From contig DATKCF010000042.1 of NCBI GenBank assembly GCA_035513345.1, forward strand, positions 20,257 to 84,256: a DNA stretch of 64,000 nt. Direction: 5' to 3'. Both the position numbers and the translations under genes were made by a program. Each line of letters opens with the position of its first letter. Position 1 is the stretch's first letter. The DNA comes from Longimicrobiales bacterium (GTDB lineage Bacteria; Gemmatimonadota; Gemmatimonadetes; Longimicrobiales; RSA9). The notes under the pieces were generated by a model, which worked only from the letters and a program-made list of their open reading frames with translations, searched no databases and was not told the origin of the DNA. This document shows positions 1-7,817 of this stretch, one piece after another.

Positions 1-237
1 CTTCTTGATGCCGTGGCGGGCATTGACGCGGGCGTCGAACACGCGGGGGTGCCGGAGCTGGGCCCGCGCGAAATCGCCATGCAGGGGGTTGGTCGCGCCG
101 TCCGCTGCGGCATCGCGCGAGAGCAGGCCCATGAGGAACGCGCTCTGCTGCGCTGCGCTCTGGCCGGCCGAAGCGGCCGACAGCACAGCCACGACGGCGG
201 TTGCCGTCAGGATCCGAAACCTGGGCGTGAGCTTCAT
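1..237 (-). CDS. Secreted hypothetical protein, N-terminal part only (gene runs off the left edge)
   Basis: ATG at 237-235 is preceded by GGGAGAG (Shine-Dalgarno-like). The translation MKLTPRFRILTATAVVAVLSAASAGQSAAQQ... is a typical Sec signal. The frame stays open to position 1. It is absent from the ORF track because there is no stop inside the window. Confidence 0.5.
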   Translation of the reverse strand, partial: MKLTPRFRILTATAVVAVLSAASAGQSAAQQSAFLMGLLSRDAAADGATNPLHGDFARAQLRHPRVFDARVNARHGIKK

Positions 238-387
238 CGACTCTCCCGATGGGATGCGGCATCGCACGGGGCAAGGATCACGCCCGTAAAACGAACTCCA
301 CAAGAGAAAGGCCGACATGACCCCCGTCAACCCCGGTCGAGCGGCCGCGCGCGCTGACCTTGACGCGATGCGCCTGTCGCCGGCAGG

Positions 388-2991
388 TTGTCCCGCCATG
401 CAGGCAAGTCCGAGGCAGTCGATGCGGTGGTCCGCGCGCGGCTCTGCCCGGCGGCACCTCCCCGGAGTATCGTGAGTTCCACGGTGCCGGTCCAGCCGCG
501 TGCGGCGACGTTGGCTGTCGCGGCGATTCTCGGTCAGGGACCGGAAGAGGCGTTCGACCGGCTCACCCGTCTGGCCACGCTTGCGCTCCACGCTCCGCTG
601 GCGGTCATCTCGCTGATCACGGACGGCCGGCTTCTGCTGAAGAGCCAGGTCGGCATGCCCGAGCCATGGGCGAGCGACCGGGATGTACCACTTCCGCACG
701 CCATTTTTCGCCACGCCGTAGCAACGAGCAAGCCCTTCATCATCGACGACACGGCCAGGCATCCGCTCACGCGCGACATGCTGCTCGGCGACGAATGGGC
801 GCATGCCGCGTACTGCGGGATCCCGCTCGCGCTCGAGGGCCGCCGCGTCGCCGGTGTCCTGTCCGTGATGGATCGGCGGCCCCGCCAGTGGACGCCGCGC
901 GAGATCAGTTTCCTGCACGACCTGGCCGCGACTGCGGTTGACGAGATTGCGATGCGGCTGTCGCCACAGCGGTCCGAGCCGGCCGCTTCGCCCGTGCCCG
1001 AGCCGACCACACCGACGCCGGACGCGTTGGTCAGTGTGAACGCCGAATGGCGGATCGACGCCGTCAATGCGCGAGCCGGCACGCTGCTGGGAAAGACATC
1101 CCTCGTCGGACACGGTCTGCTCGAACTGTTTCCGGGCCTGACGGACAGCGTGTTCCATCAGCAGTGGCGACGTGCGCAATCGGAATCGGTCGCGGTCGAG
1201 TTCGAGAGCTGGTGCGGCACGCTGGGCGCATGGATCGAGTCACGCGCGGTGCCGATGGGCGGCGGCCTGGCGATCCAGTTGCGTGATGTCACGGCCCGCC
1301 GCAATGCCGAGGACGCACTGCGCCAGAGCGAGGCGCGTTACCGCAGCGTGTTCCAGGAATCGCGCGACCCGATCTTCTTCACGACGGAGGACGGCAGGAT
1401 CGTGGAATGCAACCGCGCCGCGATCGAGTTGCTAGGCCATTCCCGGGAAGCCCTGTTCCGGCAGCGTTTCACCGATCTGGTGGCGGACTCGGAGGCCAGG
1501 GACGCGCTGCGCGCGGAACTCGAGAAGGGTGAGGTCAGTGACTTCGAGGCGCAGGTGCGGACGAAGGATGGTGAACGGATCGATGCGGTCATGGGCGTTG
1601 CCGCACGGCCAGGCGGCAACGGCGAGCCGGCCGGCTACCGGATCACGCTGCGCGACAATACGGAACGCAAGCAGATGGCCCGGCAACTGATCCAGAACGC
1701 GTTCCACGATCCGCTGACCGGGCTGGCCAACCGCGCGGTGTTCCTGGACCGGCTCGAACGGCTGTACATGCAGTCGCAGCGGCGCAGCGGCTACCGCTTC
1801 GCGGTGCTGTTCATCGATCTCGACCGTTTCAAGATGATCAACGACACGTTCGGCCACATCACCGGTGACGAGCTGCTTTCGACGGTCGCTCGCCGGCTCG
1901 AATCGTGCCTGCGGCAGGAAGACAGCGTCGCGCGCTTCGGCGGTGACGAGTTCGGCATTCTGCTCGACGGCGCGCAGGACGTACGCGACGCGACGCGCAT
2001 CGCCGACCGCATCAACAACGAGCTGGGGTTGCCGATTCGCGTCGGGACGCGGGAGATCGCGTGCTCGGCGAGCATCGGTATCGCGATCAGCATGGCTGGC
2101 CACGAGCGCGCGGAACAGGTGCTCAGCGATGCGGATGCCGCGATGTACCGCGCGAAGGCCGGCGGTGGAGCGCGTTACGAGGTGTTCGACACGGACATGC
2201 ACCTGAATGCGCTCGAGGAAGTGCGCATCGAGAGCGACCTTCGGCGTGCGGTGCGCGAGATCGAGTTTCTCGTACACTACCAGCCGATCATATCCGTCGA
2301 GGGCGGATCGATCGCGGGTTTCGAGGCGTTGCTGCGGTGGAGGCACCCCGAGCGCGGCCTGCTCCAGCCTGCCGAGTTCCTCGGCGTCGCGGACCGGACC
2401 GGTCTGATCTCCGACATCGGCTGGTTCGTGATCGAGCGCGTGTGCTCACAGTTCCGCGACTGGCGCGATGTGGCCGCGGAAACGACGCTGGAACTGGGTG
2501 TCGGCGTCAACCTGTCGCAACGGCAGTTCCAGCACCCGGACCTGTTACGGCGTGTGCGCGACCTGATCGGCGAGAACGGGACAGGCCTGCGTTTCGAAGT
2601 GGGCGAAGATACGCTGATGGAGGATGCCGGTTTCGCCGAGAGTCTGCTCGAGCAGCTCAGGGAGATCGGCGTGAGTATCAGCATCGACAACTTCGGGACC
2701 GGATTCTCATCCTTGCAGTACCTGCAGCGGCTGCCGATCGCTTCGCTCAAGATCGACCGGTCATTCATGCGCGGGATCGACATGGACCCGTACAATCGAG
2801 GCGTTGTCGAAAGCGTGGTCGCGCTAGGCCAGTGCATGGGCATCGACGTGATCGCGCAGGGCATCGAGACACTCGAACAGTTCGGAGAGCTGCGCCGCAT
2901 CGGCGCGCGCTACGCTCAAGGTTACCTTTTCTCCGAACCGCTGGACCCGCATTCTGCGACGGATCTCGTGCTCGAACGCTTGCGCGTCTGA
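388..2991 (+). CDS. GAF-PAS-PAS-GGDEF-EAL signalling protein (diguanylate cyclase/phosphodiesterase)
   Basis: 867-aa ORF with intact RFGGDEFG (GGDEF) and EALLRW (EAL) motifs. PAS-like segments are followed by ...NTERKQMARQL...HDPLTGLANR. The exact start is uncertain. Confidence 0.9.
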   Translation: MSRHAGKSEAVDAVVRARLCPAAPPRSIVSSTVPVQPRAATLAVAAILGQGPEEAFDRLTRLATLALHAPLAVISLITDGRLLLKSQVGMPEPWASDRDVPLPHAIFRHAVATSKPFIIDDTARHPLTRDMLLGDEWAHAAYCGIPLALEGRRVAGVLSVMDRRPRQWTPREISFLHDLAATAVDEIAMRLSPQRSEPAASPVPEPTTPTPDALVSVNAEWRIDAVNARAGTLLGKTSLVGHGLLELFPGLTDSVFHQQWRRAQSESVAVEFESWCGTLGAWIESRAVPMGGGLAIQLRDVTARRNAEDALRQSEARYRSVFQESRDPIFFTTEDGRIVECNRAAIELLGHSREALFRQRFTDLVADSEARDALRAELEKGEVSDFEAQVRTKDGERIDAVMGVAARPGGNGEPAGYRITLRDNTERKQMARQLIQNAFHDPLTGLANRAVFLDRLERLYMQSQRRSGYRFAVLFIDLDRFKMINDTFGHITGDELLSTVARRLESCLRQEDSVARFGGDEFGILLDGAQDVRDATRIADRINNELGLPIRVGTREIACSASIGIAISMAGHERAEQVLSDADAAMYRAKAGGGARYEVFDTDMHLNALEEVRIESDLRRAVREIEFLVHYQPIISVEGGSIAGFEALLRWRHPERGLLQPAEFLGVADRTGLISDIGWFVIERVCSQFRDWRDVAAETTLELGVGVNLSQRQFQHPDLLRRVRDLIGENGTGLRFEVGEDTLMEDAGFAESLLEQLREIGVSISIDNFGTGFSSLQYLQRLPIASLKIDRSFMRGIDMDPYNRGVVESVVALGQCMGIDVIAQGIETLEQFGELRRIGARYAQGYLFSEPLDPHSATDLVLERLRV

Positions 2992-3096
2992 CCTGATCCG
3001 GCAACCATTCGGCGATTCGCGCCGGGTCTCACCCCGACACCGATCGAAGCAAGCGGCCGGGCGGAGCCACACAGGAAACCGGAAACGATACCGACG

Positions 3097-4422
3097 ATGG
3101 CCGTAAGGAAAGTGCTTCAGCCGGCGACGAACCTCCTGCTGCGCCCGTTCCAGTTCTTCTTCGCGCATGAAGCGGCGGGCAGCATCCTGCTGCTGCTGTG
3201 TACCGGCGGCGCGCTCGTGTGGGCGAACTCGCCGGTCGCCGAGAGCTACCACCGTCTCTGGGCGACGTACATCGGCTTTGGTGTCGGCGATTTCGAGATC
3301 CGGATGTCACTGCACCACTGGATCAACGATGGTCTGATGGCAATCTTCTTCTTCGTCATCGGTCTCGAGATCAAACGGGAGGTGCTGGTCGGTGAACTCG
3401 CGACGATGCGCAGGGCCGCACTGCCGCTCTTCGCAGCCGTGGGCGGCATGGTCGTGCCCGCGCTGCTGTATGCGGTATTCAACGCGGGCACGCCGGAGAT
3501 CGCTGGCTGGGGCGTGCCGATGGCGACGGACATCGCGTTCGCGCTCGGCGTGCTCTCGCTCATCGGGCCGAGCGTGCCGATCGGCCTGAAGGTGTTCCTC
3601 GCAGCGCTGGCAATCGTCGACGATCTGGGCGCGGTCCTCGTCATCGCCATCTTCTACACGGCCGAAGTAAGCCTCGTCGCGCTCGGCGTCGGCGGCGTGT
3701 TCCTGGCCGCCATGTTCCTCGCCAACCGGATGGCGGTCCGGTATCCGCTGATCTACGCGGCGCTAGGTTTCGGGTTGTGGGTCGCGCTACTCCAGTCCGG
3801 CGTGCACGGGACGGTAGCTGGTGTGCTGGGTGCCATGGCGATACCCGCGTGGCGCCGTATCGACGGTCTCGAGTTTGCCGGTCGTGCGCGCTTGCTGCTC
3901 GGTACGTTCGAGCGCGACATCGACCCGGACATCGACCGGCTCACGATGGATCAGATCGACGCGGTGGCAGCACTGGAAGTCGCCTGCGAAGCGGTCGAGA
4001 CGCCACTGTCCCGACTCGAGCACACGCTCCTGCCGTGGGTCGCGTTTTTCATCATGCCGGTGTTCGCGCTGTCGAACGCGGGCGTCGACATCGGCGCCGG
4101 GTTCCTCGATGCGCTGGTGGGTCCCGTCTCGCTCGGTATCATGGCCGGTCTGTTCGCCGGGAAGCAGGTGGGCGTGGCGCTGTTCGCGTGGGTGGCCGTC
4201 AGGATGGGCATGGCGGAGCTGCCGGCCGGTGCCACGTGGAAGCAGCTCTATGGTGTCGCATGCCTCTGCGGCATCGGCTTCACCATGTCCCTGTTCATTG
4301 CGAACCTGGCGTTCCCGCAGCCGGAGACGCTCGACGTAGCAAAGGCGGGGATTCTGGTTGCTTCGCTGGCTTCGGGCGTTCTTGGCTACGTGCTGCTGCG
4401 GCCATCCAAATCGCAGGCGTGA
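3097..4422 (+). CDS. nhaA: Na+/H+ antiporter NhaA
   Basis: 441-aa polytopic membrane protein with NhaA signatures (HHWINDGLMAIFFFVIGLEIKRE, VPMATDIAFALGVL, ALAIVDDLGAVLVIA). Confidence 0.92.
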   Translation: MAVRKVLQPATNLLLRPFQFFFAHEAAGSILLLLCTGGALVWANSPVAESYHRLWATYIGFGVGDFEIRMSLHHWINDGLMAIFFFVIGLEIKREVLVGELATMRRAALPLFAAVGGMVVPALLYAVFNAGTPEIAGWGVPMATDIAFALGVLSLIGPSVPIGLKVFLAALAIVDDLGAVLVIAIFYTAEVSLVALGVGGVFLAAMFLANRMAVRYPLIYAALGFGLWVALLQSGVHGTVAGVLGAMAIPAWRRIDGLEFAGRARLLLGTFERDIDPDIDRLTMDQIDAVAALEVACEAVETPLSRLEHTLLPWVAFFIMPVFALSNAGVDIGAGFLDALVGPVSLGIMAGLFAGKQVGVALFAWVAVRMGMAELPAGATWKQLYGVACLCGIGFTMSLFIANLAFPQPETLDVAKAGILVASLASGVLGYVLLRPSKSQA

Positions 4423-4428
4423 GCCGGT

Positions 4429-5316
4429 TCAGCCGGTGTCCTCGGGCGAGGCGGCCGGCGGAATGATGCCGCCCGTACGGAGCCGCAGATCGAGAGCCCG
4501 CAGGAGCCCCTCGAGGGCACGGGTTCCTCGGCCGAGGCCCCAGCGATACAGCGGGCGGTAGCCGGCCACGGTCAGTGCGGCGGTGCCGGTGCCAGCGACG
4601 ATGGCGGGCAGTATCGCGAGAACACCGAGGCCGAGGGCTGCGGCGCCGACAGCGGCACCGGCCGCGGCGCCGCCCGACGCGGCGAGTGTGGTGAAGACGC
4701 CGCCGACGCCGAGGTTCAGGCGGCGAGCGTAGTTGAGGCTTGCGACGAGGACGATTTCGGTTGCGTCATCACGGTCGGCCGCCGGCCGGACCATGATGAG
4801 GAGTTGCTTGATGTCGGCCAGAAGCATGTCCCATGAGAACGAAGTGCCCGCCTCGTTGCGGCGAGTGACGTCGAACACCATGACGCCGCCGGCACCGGGC
4901 TCGCCCAGCGTTTCGACCAGGTTGAGGTAGTAGGGGTTGGCGGGGAAGACGCGGCCGATCGTATCGAGGAGGCGGGGCGGCGGGGCAACGAACGTGCGCG
5001 ATATCTCGATGACACGGCGGTCGTTGCCCAGCAGCCTGTCCGTCAGGCGGTCCCAGCGAGGCGACATCGGCTTCGCACCGTCCGCGATCGTTTCCGCGCG
5101 TGCGAGCCGGATGAATTCCGCGTCGATGCCGGCTTCCTGGCCTGCCGCTTCCACGTCGGAAACGTGGATCGCGGCATCGGGCGGCTCTTCGCCGGCGGCG
5201 AGAAGGCGAGTCCGATCGTCGCGTCGGTCCGCAGCGTCCGCCTGAAGCTGTGCGGCCCGCTGCCAGAGCGCGCTCGCCTGCTCCTCGGTAAGGTACCTGT
5301 CGTCGTGCGGCGGCAT
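4429..5316 (-). CDS. Hypothetical protein with C-terminal Gly/Ala-rich transmembrane segments
   Basis: The long ORF is trimmed to the ATG at 5316 (MPPHDDRYLTEEQ...) because the upstream gene stops at 5334. The C-terminus GGVFTTLAASGGAAAGAAVGAAALGLGVLAILPAIVAGTG is predicted membrane-spanning. I recognised no family. Confidence 0.55.
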   Translation of the reverse strand: MPPHDDRYLTEEQASALWQRAAQLQADAADRRDDRTRLLAAGEEPPDAAIHVSDVEAAGQEAGIDAEFIRLARAETIADGAKPMSPRWDRLTDRLLGNDRRVIEISRTFVAPPPRLLDTIGRVFPANPYYLNLVETLGEPGAGGVMVFDVTRRNEAGTSFSWDMLLADIKQLLIMVRPAADRDDATEIVLVASLNYARRLNLGVGGVFTTLAASGGAAAGAAVGAAALGLGVLAILPAIVAGTGTAALTVAGYRPLYRWGLGRGTRALEGLLRALDLRLRTGGIIPPAASPEDTG

Positions 5317-5333
5317 CGCGGGAGCCGGCTCCG

Positions 5334-6614
5334 TCAGGTCGCCGGTCCGGCCAGTCCCGCCATGGCGATGCCGATCAGCAGCGCGATCTTCGTGGCCGGC
5401 AACGCCGGCTCGATGTCGGCCCATTCGGACAGAGTATGCTGGTCGCCGCCGGTTGTTCGGCCGATCGAGATCGACGGGATGCCGCGCACGACGCCGGCAT
5501 TCGAGTCGGTCGAGCCCGTGGGCAGGGCGCGCGATTCGATGCCGAGGAACCGGTGTGCGTCGAGCGCGGTGAGGATGAGCGGGTGCGTTGCGCGGTCGGC
5601 CAGCATCGCGGGCGTGCCGCCGGCGGGAAGGCGCTGCACCGTGTCGCGTGACCAGCCTACGCCGTTCGCGGCCGCCGCGGCGGCAACGCGGCGAGTGATC
5701 TCGCCGTCGAGCGAGTCGAGCAGCTCCGGGTTGACCGATCGCAGGTCGACCGTGACGGAGACATCCTCGGGAATCGCGTTGAATATGCTGCCGCCATCGA
5801 GCATACCGACATTGAAGACGGCGCCGCCGCGACCGTCCGGAATACGGATCTCGTAGATCGAGCGGACGGCGTCGGCGAGCGCGCGAACCGGGTGCGGCTT
5901 TCCCGCCGACGTGTTCGTGTGCGACCCCTCGCCGGTGAAATGGTACCGGCTCCAGTAGATCCCGAGCGCGCCGTAGTTCACGGTCGGCAGCCCGCCATCG
6001 AGGGCGATGAGTGCGTCAGCGACGTCCGGGTTCGTGCGCAGCCAGTAGTTCATGCCGATCAGACCGAGCTCCTCCTGCACCGTGCCGATGAAGATGATGT
6101 CACCACGCGTGCGAACGTCCGCGGCCTCGAGTGCGCGCGCCACGGCCAGCATGTTGGCGACCGACGCGCTGTTGTCGAAGATGCCGGGCGAGCGGAGCAC
6201 ACCGCCGTCGCGCGTGACCGTCACGTCCGTGTCCTGCGGGTGCACGGTGTCGATGTGCGCGGCGAACACGACGGTTTCGCCGCCACCCGTGCCCGGCCGG
6301 CGAGCGACCACGTTGCCGATCGAGTCGATCGTGACCGCCAGCCCGAGCGCTTCGAACTGCGCGCGCACGTATGCCGCACGTTCCTGTTCGAATTCCGATT
6401 TCGCCGGGATCTCGTTGATCAGGATCCATTCCTCGACCTGGCGGGGAAAGCCGGCGTCGAGCGACGCAAGCGCGTCGCGAACGACTGTCGCGCCGGTAAG
6501 AGATGATGTGAGCCGGGAGGACTCCGCAGCCTGCTGGGCCGCGACATCGGCCGCCGCACCAGCGAGCAGGACGGCCGCAAGAACTCCATGGAGACGGCGG
6601 GCATGCGGCCGCAT
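5334..6614 (-). CDS. Secreted M20/M28-type metallopeptidase
   Basis: Signal peptide MRPHARRLHGVLAAVLLAGAAADVAAQ. Zinc-peptidase motifs AAHIDTVHP and FIGTVQEELGLIGM. An alternative start lies at 6641. Confidence 0.82.
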   Translation of the reverse strand: MRPHARRLHGVLAAVLLAGAAADVAAQQAAESSRLTSSLTGATVVRDALASLDAGFPRQVEEWILINEIPAKSEFEQERAAYVRAQFEALGLAVTIDSIGNVVARRPGTGGGETVVFAAHIDTVHPQDTDVTVTRDGGVLRSPGIFDNSASVANMLAVARALEAADVRTRGDIIFIGTVQEELGLIGMNYWLRTNPDVADALIALDGGLPTVNYGALGIYWSRYHFTGEGSHTNTSAGKPHPVRALADAVRSIYEIRIPDGRGGAVFNVGMLDGGSIFNAIPEDVSVTVDLRSVNPELLDSLDGEITRRVAAAAAANGVGWSRDTVQRLPAGGTPAMLADRATHPLILTALDAHRFLGIESRALPTGSTDSNAGVVRGIPSISIGRTTGGDQHTLSEWADIEPALPATKIALLIGIAMAGLAGPAT

Positions 6615-6735
6615 GGCCGGGACTGTCACGGATTCGAGCATTGGATCTGCCTTGTTTCGAGCGTTATCGTCCGCCGGTTCCGTAGCCGGCTCGAGTCACC
6701 GCAATGTCGGCCACTCGCGCCGTGTCGGCAACGGC

Positions 6736-7629
6736 TCAGCGCACGCCGACAAGCGCGATCAGTGCCCCATCCGGGCTCACGGCGATACGGCTGATGCCGC
6801 GAATGCCGCGCGCGCCAAGGTCCGGTCCCGGCACCCACGTGACATCGGTCCCGGGCGTGAACGTATAGAGACGGCTGTCGCGCGCCGTCACGATCATCGC
6901 TGGCGAGACCCACGCGTGGTACTCGTTCTCCGGAAACGGTGGCACGAGGGGTTCCGTGTCGCCCGATGCGAGATCGAGGATCTCGATCGTGGACTCCTGG
7001 CCGGTTCGGTGCACGAAACTGACGGCATCACGGCCGGGCACGCGGTGCAATGACCGGCCGATATCCGACGCCAGGATCGGGGCCTCGCCGGTCGCGAGAT
7101 CGGCCAGCCGAAGTGTTGCCGGGGATCCCAGCACGAACAGGGCGACACGGTTGGCATCGAGCCATGCATGGTACCCGACCGGCCGGACGTCCTCCAGCAC
7201 AACGCGGGCGTCGGAGCCATCCATCGCGAAGCTCCACAGCCGCTGCGCCGAGTCGGCTTCAACACGGATCGCCGAGAAACGCGGCTGGCCGGGCATCGGT
7301 GTGGCCGAATACTCGCTTTCCGGCGAGGTCCGTGTGATGGGTCGGGTCCGGCGAGTGGCCAGGTCGAACCGGTGGATATCGGCCTGACCGGCGTCATCGA
7401 TCGTCGTGAAGAGGATCGCACGCCCGTCCGGCGTGAACGACGGCTGGTTGTCGTAGCCGGCGCGGTCCGTGATCCGCGTGACCGAATCGGCGACGAGTCC
7501 CGCGGCCGTCAGACGAACGTGAACCAGGAAAATGTCCGACTCGGCCTGCGCAATGACGGCAGCCGGCGCGATGGCGAGCAGGGCCAGAACACCGGCCATC
7601 GGGCGGGTCCCGCGGAAAACGTGTCGCAT
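6736..7629 (-). CDS. TolB-like (PD40) beta-propeller periplasmic protein
   Basis: ATG at 7629 gives the signal peptide MRHVFRGTRPMAGVLALLAIAPAAVIAQA. PD40-like repeat GYDNQPSFTPDGRAILFTT. The upstream part of the 356-aa ORF is Arg/Gly-rich and non-protein-like. Confidence 0.72.
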   Translation of the reverse strand: MRHVFRGTRPMAGVLALLAIAPAAVIAQAESDIFLVHVRLTAAGLVADSVTRITDRAGYDNQPSFTPDGRAILFTTIDDAGQADIHRFDLATRRTRPITRTSPESEYSATPMPGQPRFSAIRVEADSAQRLWSFAMDGSDARVVLEDVRPVGYHAWLDANRVALFVLGSPATLRLADLATGEAPILASDIGRSLHRVPGRDAVSFVHRTGQESTIEILDLASGDTEPLVPPFPENEYHAWVSPAMIVTARDSRLYTFTPGTDVTWVPGPDLGARGIRGISRIAVSPDGALIALVGVR

Positions 7630-7817
7630 TCTCGGTCTCCCCCTGTTGTTCGCGGCAGTGCCGGAAAGTGTCCATTCCCCCGCGGGCGGCGCCAGTGCCG
7701 CCAACGAAAGTGACGGGTTCCTCGTCAGTATTTGTCCGGACTGCGGCCCTGCTCCAGGGCGCGGCGGACCGCGGCCCTTCCGGGCCCATCCACCTTTGGA
7801 ACGCAAGGAGACAGGGC